From assembly GCA_040901985.1 (NCBI GenBank), contig JBBDYC010000019.1, positions 39,907 to 79,759 of the forward strand: DNA of 39,853 nt. Direction: 5' to 3'. Under the pieces are notes generated by a model. That model was not told the DNA's origin. It made no database searches and saw only the letters and a program-made list of their open reading frames with translations. This DNA comes from Gemmatimonadaceae bacterium (GTDB taxonomy: Bacteria > Gemmatimonadota > Gemmatimonadetes > Gemmatimonadales > Gemmatimonadaceae). Each line of letters begins with the position of its first letter. Position 1 is the stretch's first letter. The translations under genes were made by a program, and so were the position numbers. Below are positions 24,835 to 34,036 of the stretch, piece by piece.

Positions 24835-26244
24835 GTGCGCCGCCTGGTGGTCGTCGGGGCCGGGATCTCGGGGCTCGCGGCGGCCTGGGCGGCGCGGCAG
24901 GCAGCGGCCACGCTGCCCGGCGGGCTCGAGGTGTTGGTACTCGAGCGCGACGGCGAGGTCGGCGGCAAGGCGCGAAGCCTTGTGCGCGGGGAGTGGCTGC
25001 TCGAGAGCGGCCCAGCGGGCTACCTCGGCGGGCGCGCCGAGATGGACCGCCTGATTGACGGCGTGGGGATGCGCGACTCACTCGTCCCGGCCAACGCGGG
25101 CGCAGCGCGCCGGTATCTGTACCGCGCCGGACGGATCCGCCGCGTCAGCGCGAACCCGATCGGCTTCCTGCTCTCTGGCCTTCTGAGCGTGCGCGGCCGC
25201 GCGCGGCTGCTCGCCGAGCCGTTCGTTCGGGCGCGGAGTGGCGCGGCGGACGAATCGGTGTGGGCGTTCGCCGCACGGCGGCTCGGCCCCGAGGTGGCCG
25301 ACCGGCTGGTGATGCCGATGACGCTCGGCATCTTCGCCGGCGACGCCAAGCGGCTGTCGCTCGCGTCGGCGTTTCCGAGGATGGCCGCGCTCGAGCGCGA
25401 ACACGGGTCGGTGATCCGCGGAATGCTTGCGCGCCGCGGCCGCACGAGCTCGGGTGCCTTGCAGTCGTTTCGCGGCGGGATGCAGGCGCTGCCGCGCGCC
25501 GTCGCCGCGCGGGGCGGATTCACCGTGCGCTGCAACGCCGCGGCGCGGACGGTCGCGCGCACGGCGACGGGATGGCACGTGGGCATTGCCGGGGACGCCG
25601 AGCCAGTGCCGGCGGACGCGGTGATCCTGGCGGGCGAGCCCTGGGCGAGCGCCGAGCTGCTGCGCGCGACGCACGCCGCGCTGGCGCACGAGCTCGACCA
25701 GATCGTGTGCCCCCCGGTCTCGGTGGTGGGGCTCGGGTTCGGCCCCGCCGCGCGAGCGATGACCCCGCGCGGGTTCGGCGTGCTCATCGCCCGGGGCGAG
25801 GGCTACCGAATGCTCGGCAATCTCTGGGAGACCGCCACGTACCCTGGGCGCGGACCGCGCGGTCACACGCTCGTGCGCGCATTGTACGGCGGCGCAGTGG
25901 ACCCGGAGGCCGGCGCGATGGGCGAGGCCGAACTGCTGACGCTCGCGCGCGCCGAGGTGGCGCGGTTCTACGGCGTGTCGGAGGCGCCGGCCTTTGCCGA
26001 GGTGGTGCGTGTGCCACGCGCGATCCCGCAGTACGAGCTCGGCCACGGCGCGCGCGTGGCGCGGATCGAAGCGGCGTTGGCGACGCTCCCCGGCGTGCAG
26101 CTTACCGGGTTTGGCCTGCGCGGGGTCGCCTTTGCCGACGCCGCGAGCGATGGCGTGCGCGTCGGTGCGCGCGCGGTGGAGGCGCTTGCGGTGCTGGCGC
26201 TCGCGACGGTCGCGCCCGACAGCATCGGACGCTCCCCGCGCTGA
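24835..26244 (+). CDS. hemY: FAD-dependent protoporphyrinogen oxidase (HemY/PgoX type, often annotated hemG)
   Basis: VVVGAGISGLAAA, GGKA.S...LESGP, GIFAGD..RLS, SFRGGMQ.L, GFGVL and AIPQYELGH; terminal position in the hem operon. Confidence 0.9.
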   Translation: MRRLVVVGAGISGLAAAWAARQAAATLPGGLEVLVLERDGEVGGKARSLVRGEWLLESGPAGYLGGRAEMDRLIDGVGMRDSLVPANAGAARRYLYRAGRIRRVSANPIGFLLSGLLSVRGRARLLAEPFVRARSGAADESVWAFAARRLGPEVADRLVMPMTLGIFAGDAKRLSLASAFPRMAALEREHGSVIRGMLARRGRTSSGALQSFRGGMQALPRAVAARGGFTVRCNAAARTVARTATGWHVGIAGDAEPVPADAVILAGEPWASAELLRATHAALAHELDQIVCPPVSVVGLGFGPAARAMTPRGFGVLIARGEGYRMLGNLWETATYPGRGPRGHTLVRALYGGAVDPEAGAMGEAELLTLARAEVARFYGVSEAPAFAEVVRVPRAIPQYELGHGARVARIEAALATLPGVQLTGFGLRGVAFADAASDGVRVGARAVEALAVLALATVAPDSIGRSPR

Positions 26245-26245
26245 C

Positions 26246-26767
26246 TCAGCGCGGCTTTGGCCGCAGCGTTGCCAGGTCGAGCCCGTCCGGCAGTCCCTGC
26301 GGAAAACGCGCCCACGCGCCGAGCTGGCTCCAATCGGTCACGGTCAGGTGCCGCACGGGGAGCTCTGCCTGGCTATTACTCGCCATTCCTCCGACAAACA
26401 TCCAGATGGGCGCGGAGATGATGAGAAGCGCACCGTGCGTGAGCGTGCTGACCACCCCGAAGAAGGCGATGGTGATGACGTCCGAGGCCGCCGAGTTCCA
26501 CCCGATCACGCGGCCGCCCTGCACATCACCCTTGATATAGATGGCGACCGCAGAGTCGCGCATGATCCACAGGACGTCGTGGGACACCGCGATCAGTTCG
26601 CCCTTGACGCTGTCGCCACTCACCAGTCGCAGTTCGGCCCAACCGCCGAAGGCCGTTGTCTGCGTCTCTGCGCCAGTGGCGAGCCACCGCTTGGGACCCT
26701 GGGTGGTGGCGCACCCGGCGGCGGTCAGGGCCAGCGCGATCCCGAGGACCACCCTAGCGCCTGACAT
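26246..26767 (-). CDS. Hypothetical lipoprotein with an internal hydrophobic hairpin
   Basis: Start MSGARV at 26767; lipobox AAGC; GELIAV...STLTHGALLIISAPIW...ARFPQGLP; overlaps the upstream gene. Confidence 0.75.
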   Translation of the reverse strand: MSGARVVLGIALALTAAGCATTQGPKRWLATGAETQTTAFGGWAELRLVSGDSVKGELIAVSHDVLWIMRDSAVAIYIKGDVQGGRVIGWNSAASDVITIAFFGVVSTLTHGALLIISAPIWMFVGGMASNSQAELPVRHLTVTDWSQLGAWARFPQGLPDGLDLATLRPKPR

Positions 26768-28316
26768 AACGCGACCCCCAGAAGATCGAGTCCATTCCGG
26801 CCTCCTGCCGCGCGTACACCGGCGCGAGTTCGCGCAGCGCCCCGCGAGGATCGAGGAACAGCCGCGCGGCCTTGGCCGGATCCTCCTCGGCCAACCATTC
26901 CTGCCGCATCCACTCGAGGTAGTAGCCGCGCGCCTCGAGGAACAGTTCAAGGTCCGCCGGGTCGCCCGGCAGGCGATACTGCAACTCGTAGTCATCGCCC
27001 GGGAAGGTGACGAGCGGCTGTGTGGCGTCGAGCAGGAGCGCCAGCGCCCGCGCGTCGGGGCGGCCGGCACTGGTGACCGCGACCGGGTCGAGTCGGATCG
27101 CGTCGGCCGCCGGCGCGACCTTGGCGAGTTGGACCTGATCGAGTCGCCACATCCCGCGCGTGCTGCGGATCCGCACCCGAAGGGGTGCATCGGCGGCCAC
27201 GCTGCGCGGCAGGACGACGATCTTGGTGTCCGTGGCGAGGGGTCCCGTCTCGCCCACCGTGCCGGCCGCGACCCAGTGGCCGTGCCGATCCTCGACCAGC
27301 ACGTCCACGCGACCGAGAATCGCGCCGAGTCCCGCTTCGCCGCTCCCGGCGGCGATCCGGTCGGGCGTAAGCCGCGCGAGCCAGGGCGTCGCATTCGTCC
27401 CGAGCCAGGCCAGCGCCTGGTAGAACAGGAACGTGCTCATCAGCGTCTGCCGCGTCGAGACGATCACGCCCACGTCGCCGTCGCCGGGCGCGGGGAACTC
27501 GAGCTCGACGAGTTCACGCGTGCCGAGGTCGGTGGAGTCGGCGCGCGAGGAATGGACGGCGAGGTCGTAGGCGCTGAGGGCGGCGAGGCAGTCGGCGCCA
27601 TCCGCCGTGCAAGCACGTGGCGGCACGAGGGCGGTGGCGGAATGGAACACGCCGGCATCGTCGGCGATGATGCGCGCCCCGGCGGCGCGCGGGACGGCGA
27701 CGACGGTGACCGATCGGACGACGTGCGTCTCGAGCGCCTCGTTGGTCATCCGGACGGTGAAGTCGCGGCTCGTCGCGTGCGCCGTCCAGAGCGCGTCCAG
27801 GTCGGTTGCCTCGAGCGCCGGGGCGATGCTCGACGAGAAGCCTTCGGCCATCAGGGCGGTGCCGGCGGCGTCCGTTACATAGAAGGTGGGGCAGGAGCCG
27901 AAGCACGCCTTGGGATTGAGCGCGCAGTAGGTTGTGACGGCCGCACTGAGGCCGGTCATCACGGTGATCGCCGAATGTGCGTCGCTCGGCGAGAGGACGT
28001 TGGTCTCGAAGAGCGCGACCGAGTCCACCGGGAGCCGGAGCGTTCCGGAGTCCACCACCACGCGATTGACGTCCTGCCTCTGGCCGGTGCCGACGATCTC
28101 GCGCGTCAGGGAGTCGTGGCGCCAGGCCGAGAGGATGAGCACCGTACCGTCCCGCAGGTGCGCCTTCAGCCAGGGCGATCGCTGGTCGAGCGTGGCGACT
28201 TCGGCGGGTGCGGCAGTCCGGCGCTCGACGTTGACCAGGTTGGCACAGGCGCCAACGGCGCCGACGGCGGTGACCGCGGCGAGGGCGAGCCAGCGCGGAA
28301 TTCGGGGGCGGGACAT
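26754..28316 (-). CDS. Hypothetical lipoprotein with a Cys-rich CxxNPKACFGSCP motif
   Basis: GGAGG RBS and start MSRPRI; lipobox VGAC; YCALNPKACFGSCPTFY, NEALETH and GYYLEWMRQEWL. Confidence 0.8.
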   Translation of the reverse strand: MSRPRIPRWLALAAVTAVGAVGACANLVNVERRTAAPAEVATLDQRSPWLKAHLRDGTVLILSAWRHDSLTREIVGTGQRQDVNRVVVDSGTLRLPVDSVALFETNVLSPSDAHSAITVMTGLSAAVTTYCALNPKACFGSCPTFYVTDAAGTALMAEGFSSSIAPALEATDLDALWTAHATSRDFTVRMTNEALETHVVRSVTVVAVPRAAGARIIADDAGVFHSATALVPPRACTADGADCLAALSAYDLAVHSSRADSTDLGTRELVELEFPAPGDGDVGVIVSTRQTLMSTFLFYQALAWLGTNATPWLARLTPDRIAAGSGEAGLGAILGRVDVLVEDRHGHWVAAGTVGETGPLATDTKIVVLPRSVAADAPLRVRIRSTRGMWRLDQVQLAKVAPAADAIRLDPVAVTSAGRPDARALALLLDATQPLVTFPGDDYELQYRLPGDPADLELFLEARGYYLEWMRQEWLAEEDPAKAARLFLDPRGALRELAPVYARQEAGMDSIFWGSRYVRR

Positions 28317-28342
28317 CGGCGTACCTCCTTGCTCGCTCGCCC

Positions 28343-29938
28343 CTACCGCGCCCCGAGGAACGCCCGCGCCTCGACGAGTTCGGCGCGTGCGGATTCCCGC
28401 GCGCCGAGGTCGAGCAACTCGCGATAGTAGCGTGCCGCGGCGTCGTCCCGCCCGGCGGCCCGGGCCGCCTTCGCCGCGCCGTGCAGGGCGCGGAAGCGGT
28501 TCGGCTCCTTGCGCAGGGTCTGCTCGTAGGCGGCGAGCGCGTCGGCCGGACGTCCGTGGACAAGGAGAATGTCGCCGAGGAGTTCGCGGGCGGGAATCAG
28601 CGGACCCGGCGTGACGGGATGCTTCTCGACCAGGTCCTCCTTGGCCGCCGCCTCGGCGGCGACGCGCAGGGCGTCGGCGTGCCTGCCCTCCAGGTGGAGC
28701 ACCCACGCCTCGGCCGCCAGACGCTGCGCGTCCACGACGATCGGCCAGTAGGGGTCCCGCGCGTCGGTCATCCGGGTGACGAGTCCGTGCATCGCCTCGA
28801 GCTCGGCGCGGCTGGTGGCTGCGTTGCCCGCGCGCGCGGCGCCCAGTGCGCGGGCGAAGCGCGTCACGGCCTCCACCGACGGCGGCTGCCCTATCGGCAC
28901 GGAGAGCGTGGAGGCGAGCGCCCAGTCGTTGCGTTCGAGGGCAAAGCGGGCCTGCATCGCCACCGAGTTGTAACCGGCCAGCCGCCCGACGACGCCGGTC
29001 GGATCCTCCGTGGAGGGGTCGAGTCCGATCTCCCCCATCACCGCGCGCGCCGCGTCGTCACGCCCCTGCTGCAGGAAGGCGTAGACCATATAGTCGGCGG
29101 CGTGTCCCTTCGAACCCGGCGGCTCGAGATCCATTGACCGGCGATTGGTCTGGATGGACTCGTCCCAGTGGCCGAGCCGGGTGAAGGTGTGCGACGGCAT
29201 ATGCAGCGCGTGCGGCGCCGCCGGCGCGATCTCGGCATACCGGCGCGCCGCGCCGAGCGCCAGGTGGGCCAGCGGCGGCGAGTCGAAGGCGTGGATGATG
29301 TAGTGCGCCAGCCCCGGATGGTCCGGCTGCCGCTCAAAGAGCGGGTTCAGGATGTCGGCGGCCTTCCGCTGTTGGGCAAAAGTGGAGTCGAGCGGCGATG
29401 CATTCGCCACCATCCAGAGGGCGTGCAAGATTGCCGTCTCGGAGTCGGCGGGGTTCTTCGCGTGCAGGTCGCCGAGCGCCGCCTCGTAGGCCCGCATCCG
29501 CGTCCGATTGTCCACGCGGTCGTGGTCGGCGTAGAGACTGAGCGCGGCGGCGATGTACGCCTGGTCGCGCGGCGCCCGGCCTCCTATTGCGACGGCGCGC
29601 TGCGCCGCGGTCAATCCGGCGCGGTTCCCTTCCGGTCCCGGGCCGCCGGCAAACGGATTCCCAAAGTGCGTGATCGCGATCCCCCAGTATGCCGTGCCGC
29701 AGGCGGGGTCGGCGTCCGCCGCCGCGCGGAATGTGTTCCTCGCCTCGACGAACCAGAACGAGTGGAGCATTGCCACCGCCGTGTTGATGGCGCGCTGGGC
29801 CTCGGCGTTGCACGCCGTGGGGAACTCCACCGTGCCGACGCCTTGGTCGTGTTGATGCTCCTGGGCCGTGGCCGGACGCGCGATGAGCGCGAGCAGGCCG
29901 ATGGAGCTGAGCGAGAGACGGGCGAGACGAGTCAACAC
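28343..29938 (-). CDS. Secreted TPR-like helical-repeat protein with a His cluster
   Basis: AAGGAG RBS and GTG start; signal peptide ATA-QE; LHSFWF, AYWGIA, PDHPGLAHYIIH, APHALHMPSHTFTRLG, ARELLG and EPNRFRAL. Confidence 0.85.
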   Translation of the reverse strand: MLTRLARLSLSSIGLLALIARPATAQEHQHDQGVGTVEFPTACNAEAQRAINTAVAMLHSFWFVEARNTFRAAADADPACGTAYWGIAITHFGNPFAGGPGPEGNRAGLTAAQRAVAIGGRAPRDQAYIAAALSLYADHDRVDNRTRMRAYEAALGDLHAKNPADSETAILHALWMVANASPLDSTFAQQRKAADILNPLFERQPDHPGLAHYIIHAFDSPPLAHLALGAARRYAEIAPAAPHALHMPSHTFTRLGHWDESIQTNRRSMDLEPPGSKGHAADYMVYAFLQQGRDDAARAVMGEIGLDPSTEDPTGVVGRLAGYNSVAMQARFALERNDWALASTLSVPIGQPPSVEAVTRFARALGAARAGNAATSRAELEAMHGLVTRMTDARDPYWPIVVDAQRLAAEAWVLHLEGRHADALRVAAEAAAKEDLVEKHPVTPGPLIPARELLGDILLVHGRPADALAAYEQTLRKEPNRFRALHGAAKAARAAGRDDAAARYYRELLDLGARESARAELVEARAFLGAR

Positions 29939-29969
29939 GGGGGTGCTCCTTGGAAGTCGTTGCGCGTCA

Positions 29970-29997
29970 AGAATACCCACTCCACCACTATCGGCAA
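29970..29997 (-). promoter_or_regulatory. Putative sigma70 promoter for the TPR/lipoprotein operon
   Basis: TTGCCG-N16-TATTCT about 30 nt upstream of the GTG start. Confidence 0.45.
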
Positions 29998-30824
29998 GCC
30001 GCCTGGGCGCTGTCGGCATAGGCGTCTACCGGGTTGGTCGCATTCACCGCCACGCCGCAGGTCATCCCGGGCAGCCTGGCGTGTGTCATCGTGGCGCTCC
30101 AGCCGTCCGCTCCGGCGTCAATCAGTGGCTCAGTGGCGCCTTCGGAAATCCAGAAGTTCGGGAGTTCCGAGATGGTCCGCGCGTACCGGGCGCTGTCCAT
30201 AAAGAAGATCTCCTGGGCGACCACCAGGTTGCGAAGATCCGACTGGATCACGCTGCGATACGCCGACGTCTCCGAGCCCCCGCTGAACTTGGGCAGCATC
30301 ACCGTCGCCAGGAGCGCGAGCAATACCCCCGTTCCCGTCGCACCCTGGTGCCGGAAGACGTAGCGCTCCGGCTGGTCCGGCGCCGCTCGCGCGGTCCAGG
30401 CGCGGGCCACCACCGCGACCCCCAAGGCGAGGAAGAGGTAGCAGAGGTATCGGAACGCGCCGAGGTCAACCGGCATCATCAGGTCGCGCGTGGAGAGATC
30501 CACCAGGCAGGCCAGGAGCCCGAGTGCGATCAACGCGATGGCACTCCCCGTGGCCGAGCGGCGCATCACACGCCCGACCCCCTCGTCGCGGTGCTTGCGC
30601 GTATGCGCGAGGAAGACGACGGCGGGCCCCGCCGCGACGAGCCACCCCGTCGCCGCGAGGACGAGCGCCACGAGGCCGCTTCCTTCCGCCCCCAGGAGGA
30701 TTGCCACGACCGTGAACACCCAGAAGGCAAGGAGTGTCAGGTGCCAGGTCGTCAGGGCGCGTCGGCCGATGACGATTGGGTCGGCCGCCGCCGTGAGGGC
30801 CGTTGAGTCGGTAGGGGCGCTCAT
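29988..30824 (-). CDS. Multi-pass membrane protein with a C-terminal type IV pilin-like domain
   Basis: About four N-terminal TM helices, then LLALLATVMLPKF...SAYRSVIQSDLRNLVVAQEIFFMDSARY...GWSATMTH...C...C, resembling a pilin alpha1 helix and D-region. Confidence 0.7.
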   Translation of the reverse strand: MSAPTDSTALTAAADPIVIGRRALTTWHLTLLAFWVFTVVAILLGAEGSGLVALVLAATGWLVAAGPAVVFLAHTRKHRDEGVGRVMRRSATGSAIALIALGLLACLVDLSTRDLMMPVDLGAFRYLCYLFLALGVAVVARAWTARAAPDQPERYVFRHQGATGTGVLLALLATVMLPKFSGGSETSAYRSVIQSDLRNLVVAQEIFFMDSARYARTISELPNFWISEGATEPLIDAGADGWSATMTHARLPGMTCGVAVNATNPVDAYADSAQAACR

Positions 30825-31087
30825 CTCGGGTTTGTGCCTCAGGGCAGGGCGGGACGCTTGATTCCGGTCGGCTGAGTATGCCGATATTCCTGATTGGCGG
30901 CCACCCGGACCGTCCTTTGCTTCCGGCACTCCCTGTAACCGGATGGACTGCGGTGGAGCGGCGGGTCGAATTGCACGCACGGCAACAGCCGTAGGGGCGC
31001 CGGCGCGAACGTTTGGGGCGGACCCTTCGTATCCAGTGGGTCCACCGGCGCCAAGGTGCGCCCCCGTTCCCTTTCCGGAGTCCGCGT

Positions 31088-31711
31088 ATGATCCGCGCCG
31101 CCCGCCCGCTCGCCCTCGCCGGCCTGCTTTCCGCCATTGCCCTCGGTGCCGTCTCGGCGCAGCAGCCTGCGCCGCCGCCGCTCCCGCCCAACGGCTGGCG
31201 CGTGGATATGGCGCACAGCGCGGTCACGTTCCGCGTCCGTCATCTTGGGATCTCGTGGGTCAACGGTCGGTTCACGGGATGGCAGGGCGAGCTGACGTTC
31301 GATCCGGCCAACCCGACGGCGGCGAGCGTGATCGCGCGGATCCAGACGACCAGCGTGAACACCGAGAACGAGCGGCGCGACAATGACATCCGGTCGGGCA
31401 ACTATCTGGCCGTGGACAGCTTTCCGGAGATGAGCTTCGTGAGCAAGCGCGTCGAGCGCGTGGACGACACGCATCTTCGGGTGATCGGCGACCTCACGTT
31501 GCGCGGCGTGACGCGGAGCGTGACGCTCGACACCGAGATCACCGGGATGATGGACGGTCAGCGCGCGCGGCGCATCGCCTTTACCGCCACCACGGTCATC
31601 AACCGGATGGACTTTGGGGTGACGTTCAACCGCATCACCGAGGGCGCGCAGGTGGTCGGGACGGATGTGCGGATCACCATTGACGTCGAGGCGATCCAGC
31701 CGATCGGCTGA
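31088..31711 (+). CDS. YceI-family lipid/polyisoprenoid-binding protein
   Basis: GGAG RBS; signal peptide; WRVDMAHSAVTFRVRHLGIS.V.GRF, RDNDIRS..L....FP, GDLTLRGVT and INRMDFG. Confidence 0.95.
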   Translation: MIRAARPLALAGLLSAIALGAVSAQQPAPPPLPPNGWRVDMAHSAVTFRVRHLGISWVNGRFTGWQGELTFDPANPTAASVIARIQTTSVNTENERRDNDIRSGNYLAVDSFPEMSFVSKRVERVDDTHLRVIGDLTLRGVTRSVTLDTEITGMMDGQRARRIAFTATTVINRMDFGVTFNRITEGAQVVGTDVRITIDVEAIQPIG

Positions 31712-31764
31712 GCATTCGAGAGAGGTGGCGCGCGGGCGGACGTCGCGGTAAGCTCCTGCCCACC

Positions 31765-32856
31765 GTGGCCCCGTTTTCGCGCCGCCTCGCTGTCGCGTTC
31801 GCGTCGGCACTCCTTGCCCTCGGCCTGCTCTACTTCGCCGCGTGGCCCGTGCCCGTCGCGCCCGTCGCCTGGGAGGCGCCCGCGAACGCCGGCTATACCG
31901 GCGCCTTCGAGACGAACGACCGCCTGGCGGCGCTCGAGCTGCTCTCGCTCGGCGATGACGTCGGCCCGGAGGACGTCGCGACGGACGAAGCCGGCCGCCT
32001 CTACGTCTCGACGCACGCCGGCTACATTGTGCGACTGCGCCCCGACGGGACCGGCCCGGAACGTTGGGTGCACACCGGCGGTCGGCCGCTCGGCCTCGAC
32101 TTCGACGCCGCCGGCCACCTGATCGTCGCCGATGCGTCGCGCGGCCTGCTCCGGATCGCGCCCGATGGCCGCACCACGGTGCTCGCGACGGCCGCCGACG
32201 GCGTCCCGATCAGCCTCGCCGACGACGTGGACGTCGCCGCCGACGGGAAGATCTACTTCACCGACGCCTCCGCGAAGTTCGGCGGGACGACGTGGGGGAC
32301 CGCCGAGGCGAGCGTGCTCGACATCGTGGAGCACGGCGGACACGGCCGGCTGCTCGTCCACGATCCCGCTACCGGGGCCACCACCACGGTGCGCGACGGG
32401 CTGCAGTTTGCCAACGGCGTCGCGGTGGGGCACGACCAGACGTACGTGCTGGTGAGCGAGACCGGGAGCTATCGCGTCCTGCGCGTCTGGATTGCCGGAG
32501 CGCGGCGCGGCGCGGCGGAACCGTTCATCGAATCGTTACCGGGCTTCCCGGACAACATTTCGGCGGGACGCGATGGCCGCTACTGGATCGCCTTGTACGC
32601 CCCGCGGAACCTGCTGCTCGATCGCCTCTCCGCCCGCCCGTTCCTGCGAAAGGTGCTCCTGCGCGTGCCGGCGGTGATTCGGCCGAGGGCGACCGCGTAC
32701 GGGCACATCATCGCGGTGGACACGGCGGGGCGGGTCGTGGCCGACCTGCAGGACCCCACGGGTCGTTACCCGATGAACACGAGCGTTCACGAGACGGCGA
32801 CGCATCTCTACGTCGGCAGCTTGGTGGCGCCGGGGCTGGGGCGACTGCGGAAGTGA
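31765..32856 (+). CDS. SMP-30/gluconolactonase/strictosidine synthase-like beta-propeller protein
   Basis: N-terminal anchor; GPEDVA, TGGRPLGL, IYFTDAS, GLQFANGV and LPGFPDNI. Confidence 0.92.
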   Translation: MAPFSRRLAVAFASALLALGLLYFAAWPVPVAPVAWEAPANAGYTGAFETNDRLAALELLSLGDDVGPEDVATDEAGRLYVSTHAGYIVRLRPDGTGPERWVHTGGRPLGLDFDAAGHLIVADASRGLLRIAPDGRTTVLATAADGVPISLADDVDVAADGKIYFTDASAKFGGTTWGTAEASVLDIVEHGGHGRLLVHDPATGATTTVRDGLQFANGVAVGHDQTYVLVSETGSYRVLRVWIAGARRGAAEPFIESLPGFPDNISAGRDGRYWIALYAPRNLLLDRLSARPFLRKVLLRVPAVIRPRATAYGHIIAVDTAGRVVADLQDPTGRYPMNTSVHETATHLYVGSLVAPGLGRLRK

Positions 32857-32932
32857 AGGGGGCGCGGTGCGTGCGGCGCCCGCCGCGTGGCCGCCACTGG
32901 CGGCGCGTCGGCGACTCGGCCAGTATCCCCCC

Positions 32933-34036
32933 GTGCCCTCCGAACCGAAGGACGAACACGTTGCGGCGGCGGAAGCCGCCGGCCTCACGTACGTCACCGA
33001 CGCCGACGCGGGCATCACCCGCAAGCGCGCCGGAACGGGGTTTGCGTACTACTCGCCGGCGGGCGCCCGTATCGGCAGCGCGAAGGAGCGCCGTCGTCTG
33101 GCCGCGCTGGCGATTCCGCCGGCGTGGACCGACGTCTGGATCTGCCCGGACCGCCACGGCCACATCCAGGCCACCGCGCGCGATGCCAAGGGGCGCAAGC
33201 AGTACCGCTACCATCCCCAGTTTCGTGCGCGGCGCGATGAAACGAAGTTCGGCCGGATGCTGGCCTTCAGCGAGGCGCTCCCGCGCCTGCGCGAACTGCT
33301 CGAGCCGGACCTTGCGCTCCCTGGCTTGCCGCGCCGGAAGCTGCTCGCCACGATGGTCCGCCTGCTCGACAAGACGCTGATAAGGATCGGGAACGAGGAG
33401 TACCTCAAGGCCAATCGCTCGGTCGGGCTGACCACGATGCGCCGGAAGCACGTGGCGGTGCGTGGCGACACGCTCACCTTTGCCTTTCGCGGCAAGAGCG
33501 GCGTGAAGCACGAGATCGCCATCACCGACCGTCGGCTCTCCGGCATCGTCAAGAAGCTGCAGGACCTGCCGGGGCAGGAACTCTTCCAGTATACGAACGA
33601 CGACGGCGAACGCGTGACGGTGGACTCGGGCGACGTCAACGCGTACCTGCGGGAGCTGACCGGGCAGGACGTGACCGCGAAGGATTTCCGCACCTGGAGC
33701 GGCACGATGCTCGCGGCGCGGGCGCTGCGCGAGATGGGCACCGCGGCGAACGAGTCCGAGGCCAAGCGCAACGTCAATGCGGCGCTCGACCGGGTGGCGC
33801 ACGCGCTCGGCAACACCCGCGCGGTGGCGCGGAAGTATTACGTGCATCCGACGATCGTGGCGGCGTACCACCGTGGCGTCGCGGTGCCCGAGGCGCGGCG
33901 CGCCCGGCGGGGGGAACGGAAGTCGGCGGCGCTCCGGCGCGACGAGATCACGGTGTTGCAGTTCCTGCACGAGGAGTTGGACGCGCAGGCGACGGGGGGT
34001 TCCCCTACTGCCGCAGTGGGTCCAGCCAGAGGATGA
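32933..34036 (+). CDS. DNA topoisomerase IB (bacterial, poxvirus-like)
   Basis: LAIPPAWTDVWI, GHIQAT.RDAKGRKQYRYH, RIGNEEY, FRGKSG, AKDFRTW and LGNT..V.RKYYVHP (catalytic Tyr); start position uncertain. Confidence 0.93.
   Translation: MPSEPKDEHVAAAEAAGLTYVTDADAGITRKRAGTGFAYYSPAGARIGSAKERRRLAALAIPPAWTDVWICPDRHGHIQATARDAKGRKQYRYHPQFRARRDETKFGRMLAFSEALPRLRELLEPDLALPGLPRRKLLATMVRLLDKTLIRIGNEEYLKANRSVGLTTMRRKHVAVRGDTLTFAFRGKSGVKHEIAITDRRLSGIVKKLQDLPGQELFQYTNDDGERVTVDSGDVNAYLRELTGQDVTAKDFRTWSGTMLAARALREMGTAANESEAKRNVNAALDRVAHALGNTRAVARKYYVHPTIVAAYHRGVAVPEARRARRGERKSAALRRDEITVLQFLHEELDAQATGGSPTAAVGPARG

Noticed and set aside
32933..34036. Possible tyrosine recombinase/integrase marking an island
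   Set aside because: The motifs match topoisomerase IB; no att-like repeats, tRNA target or obvious compositional shift
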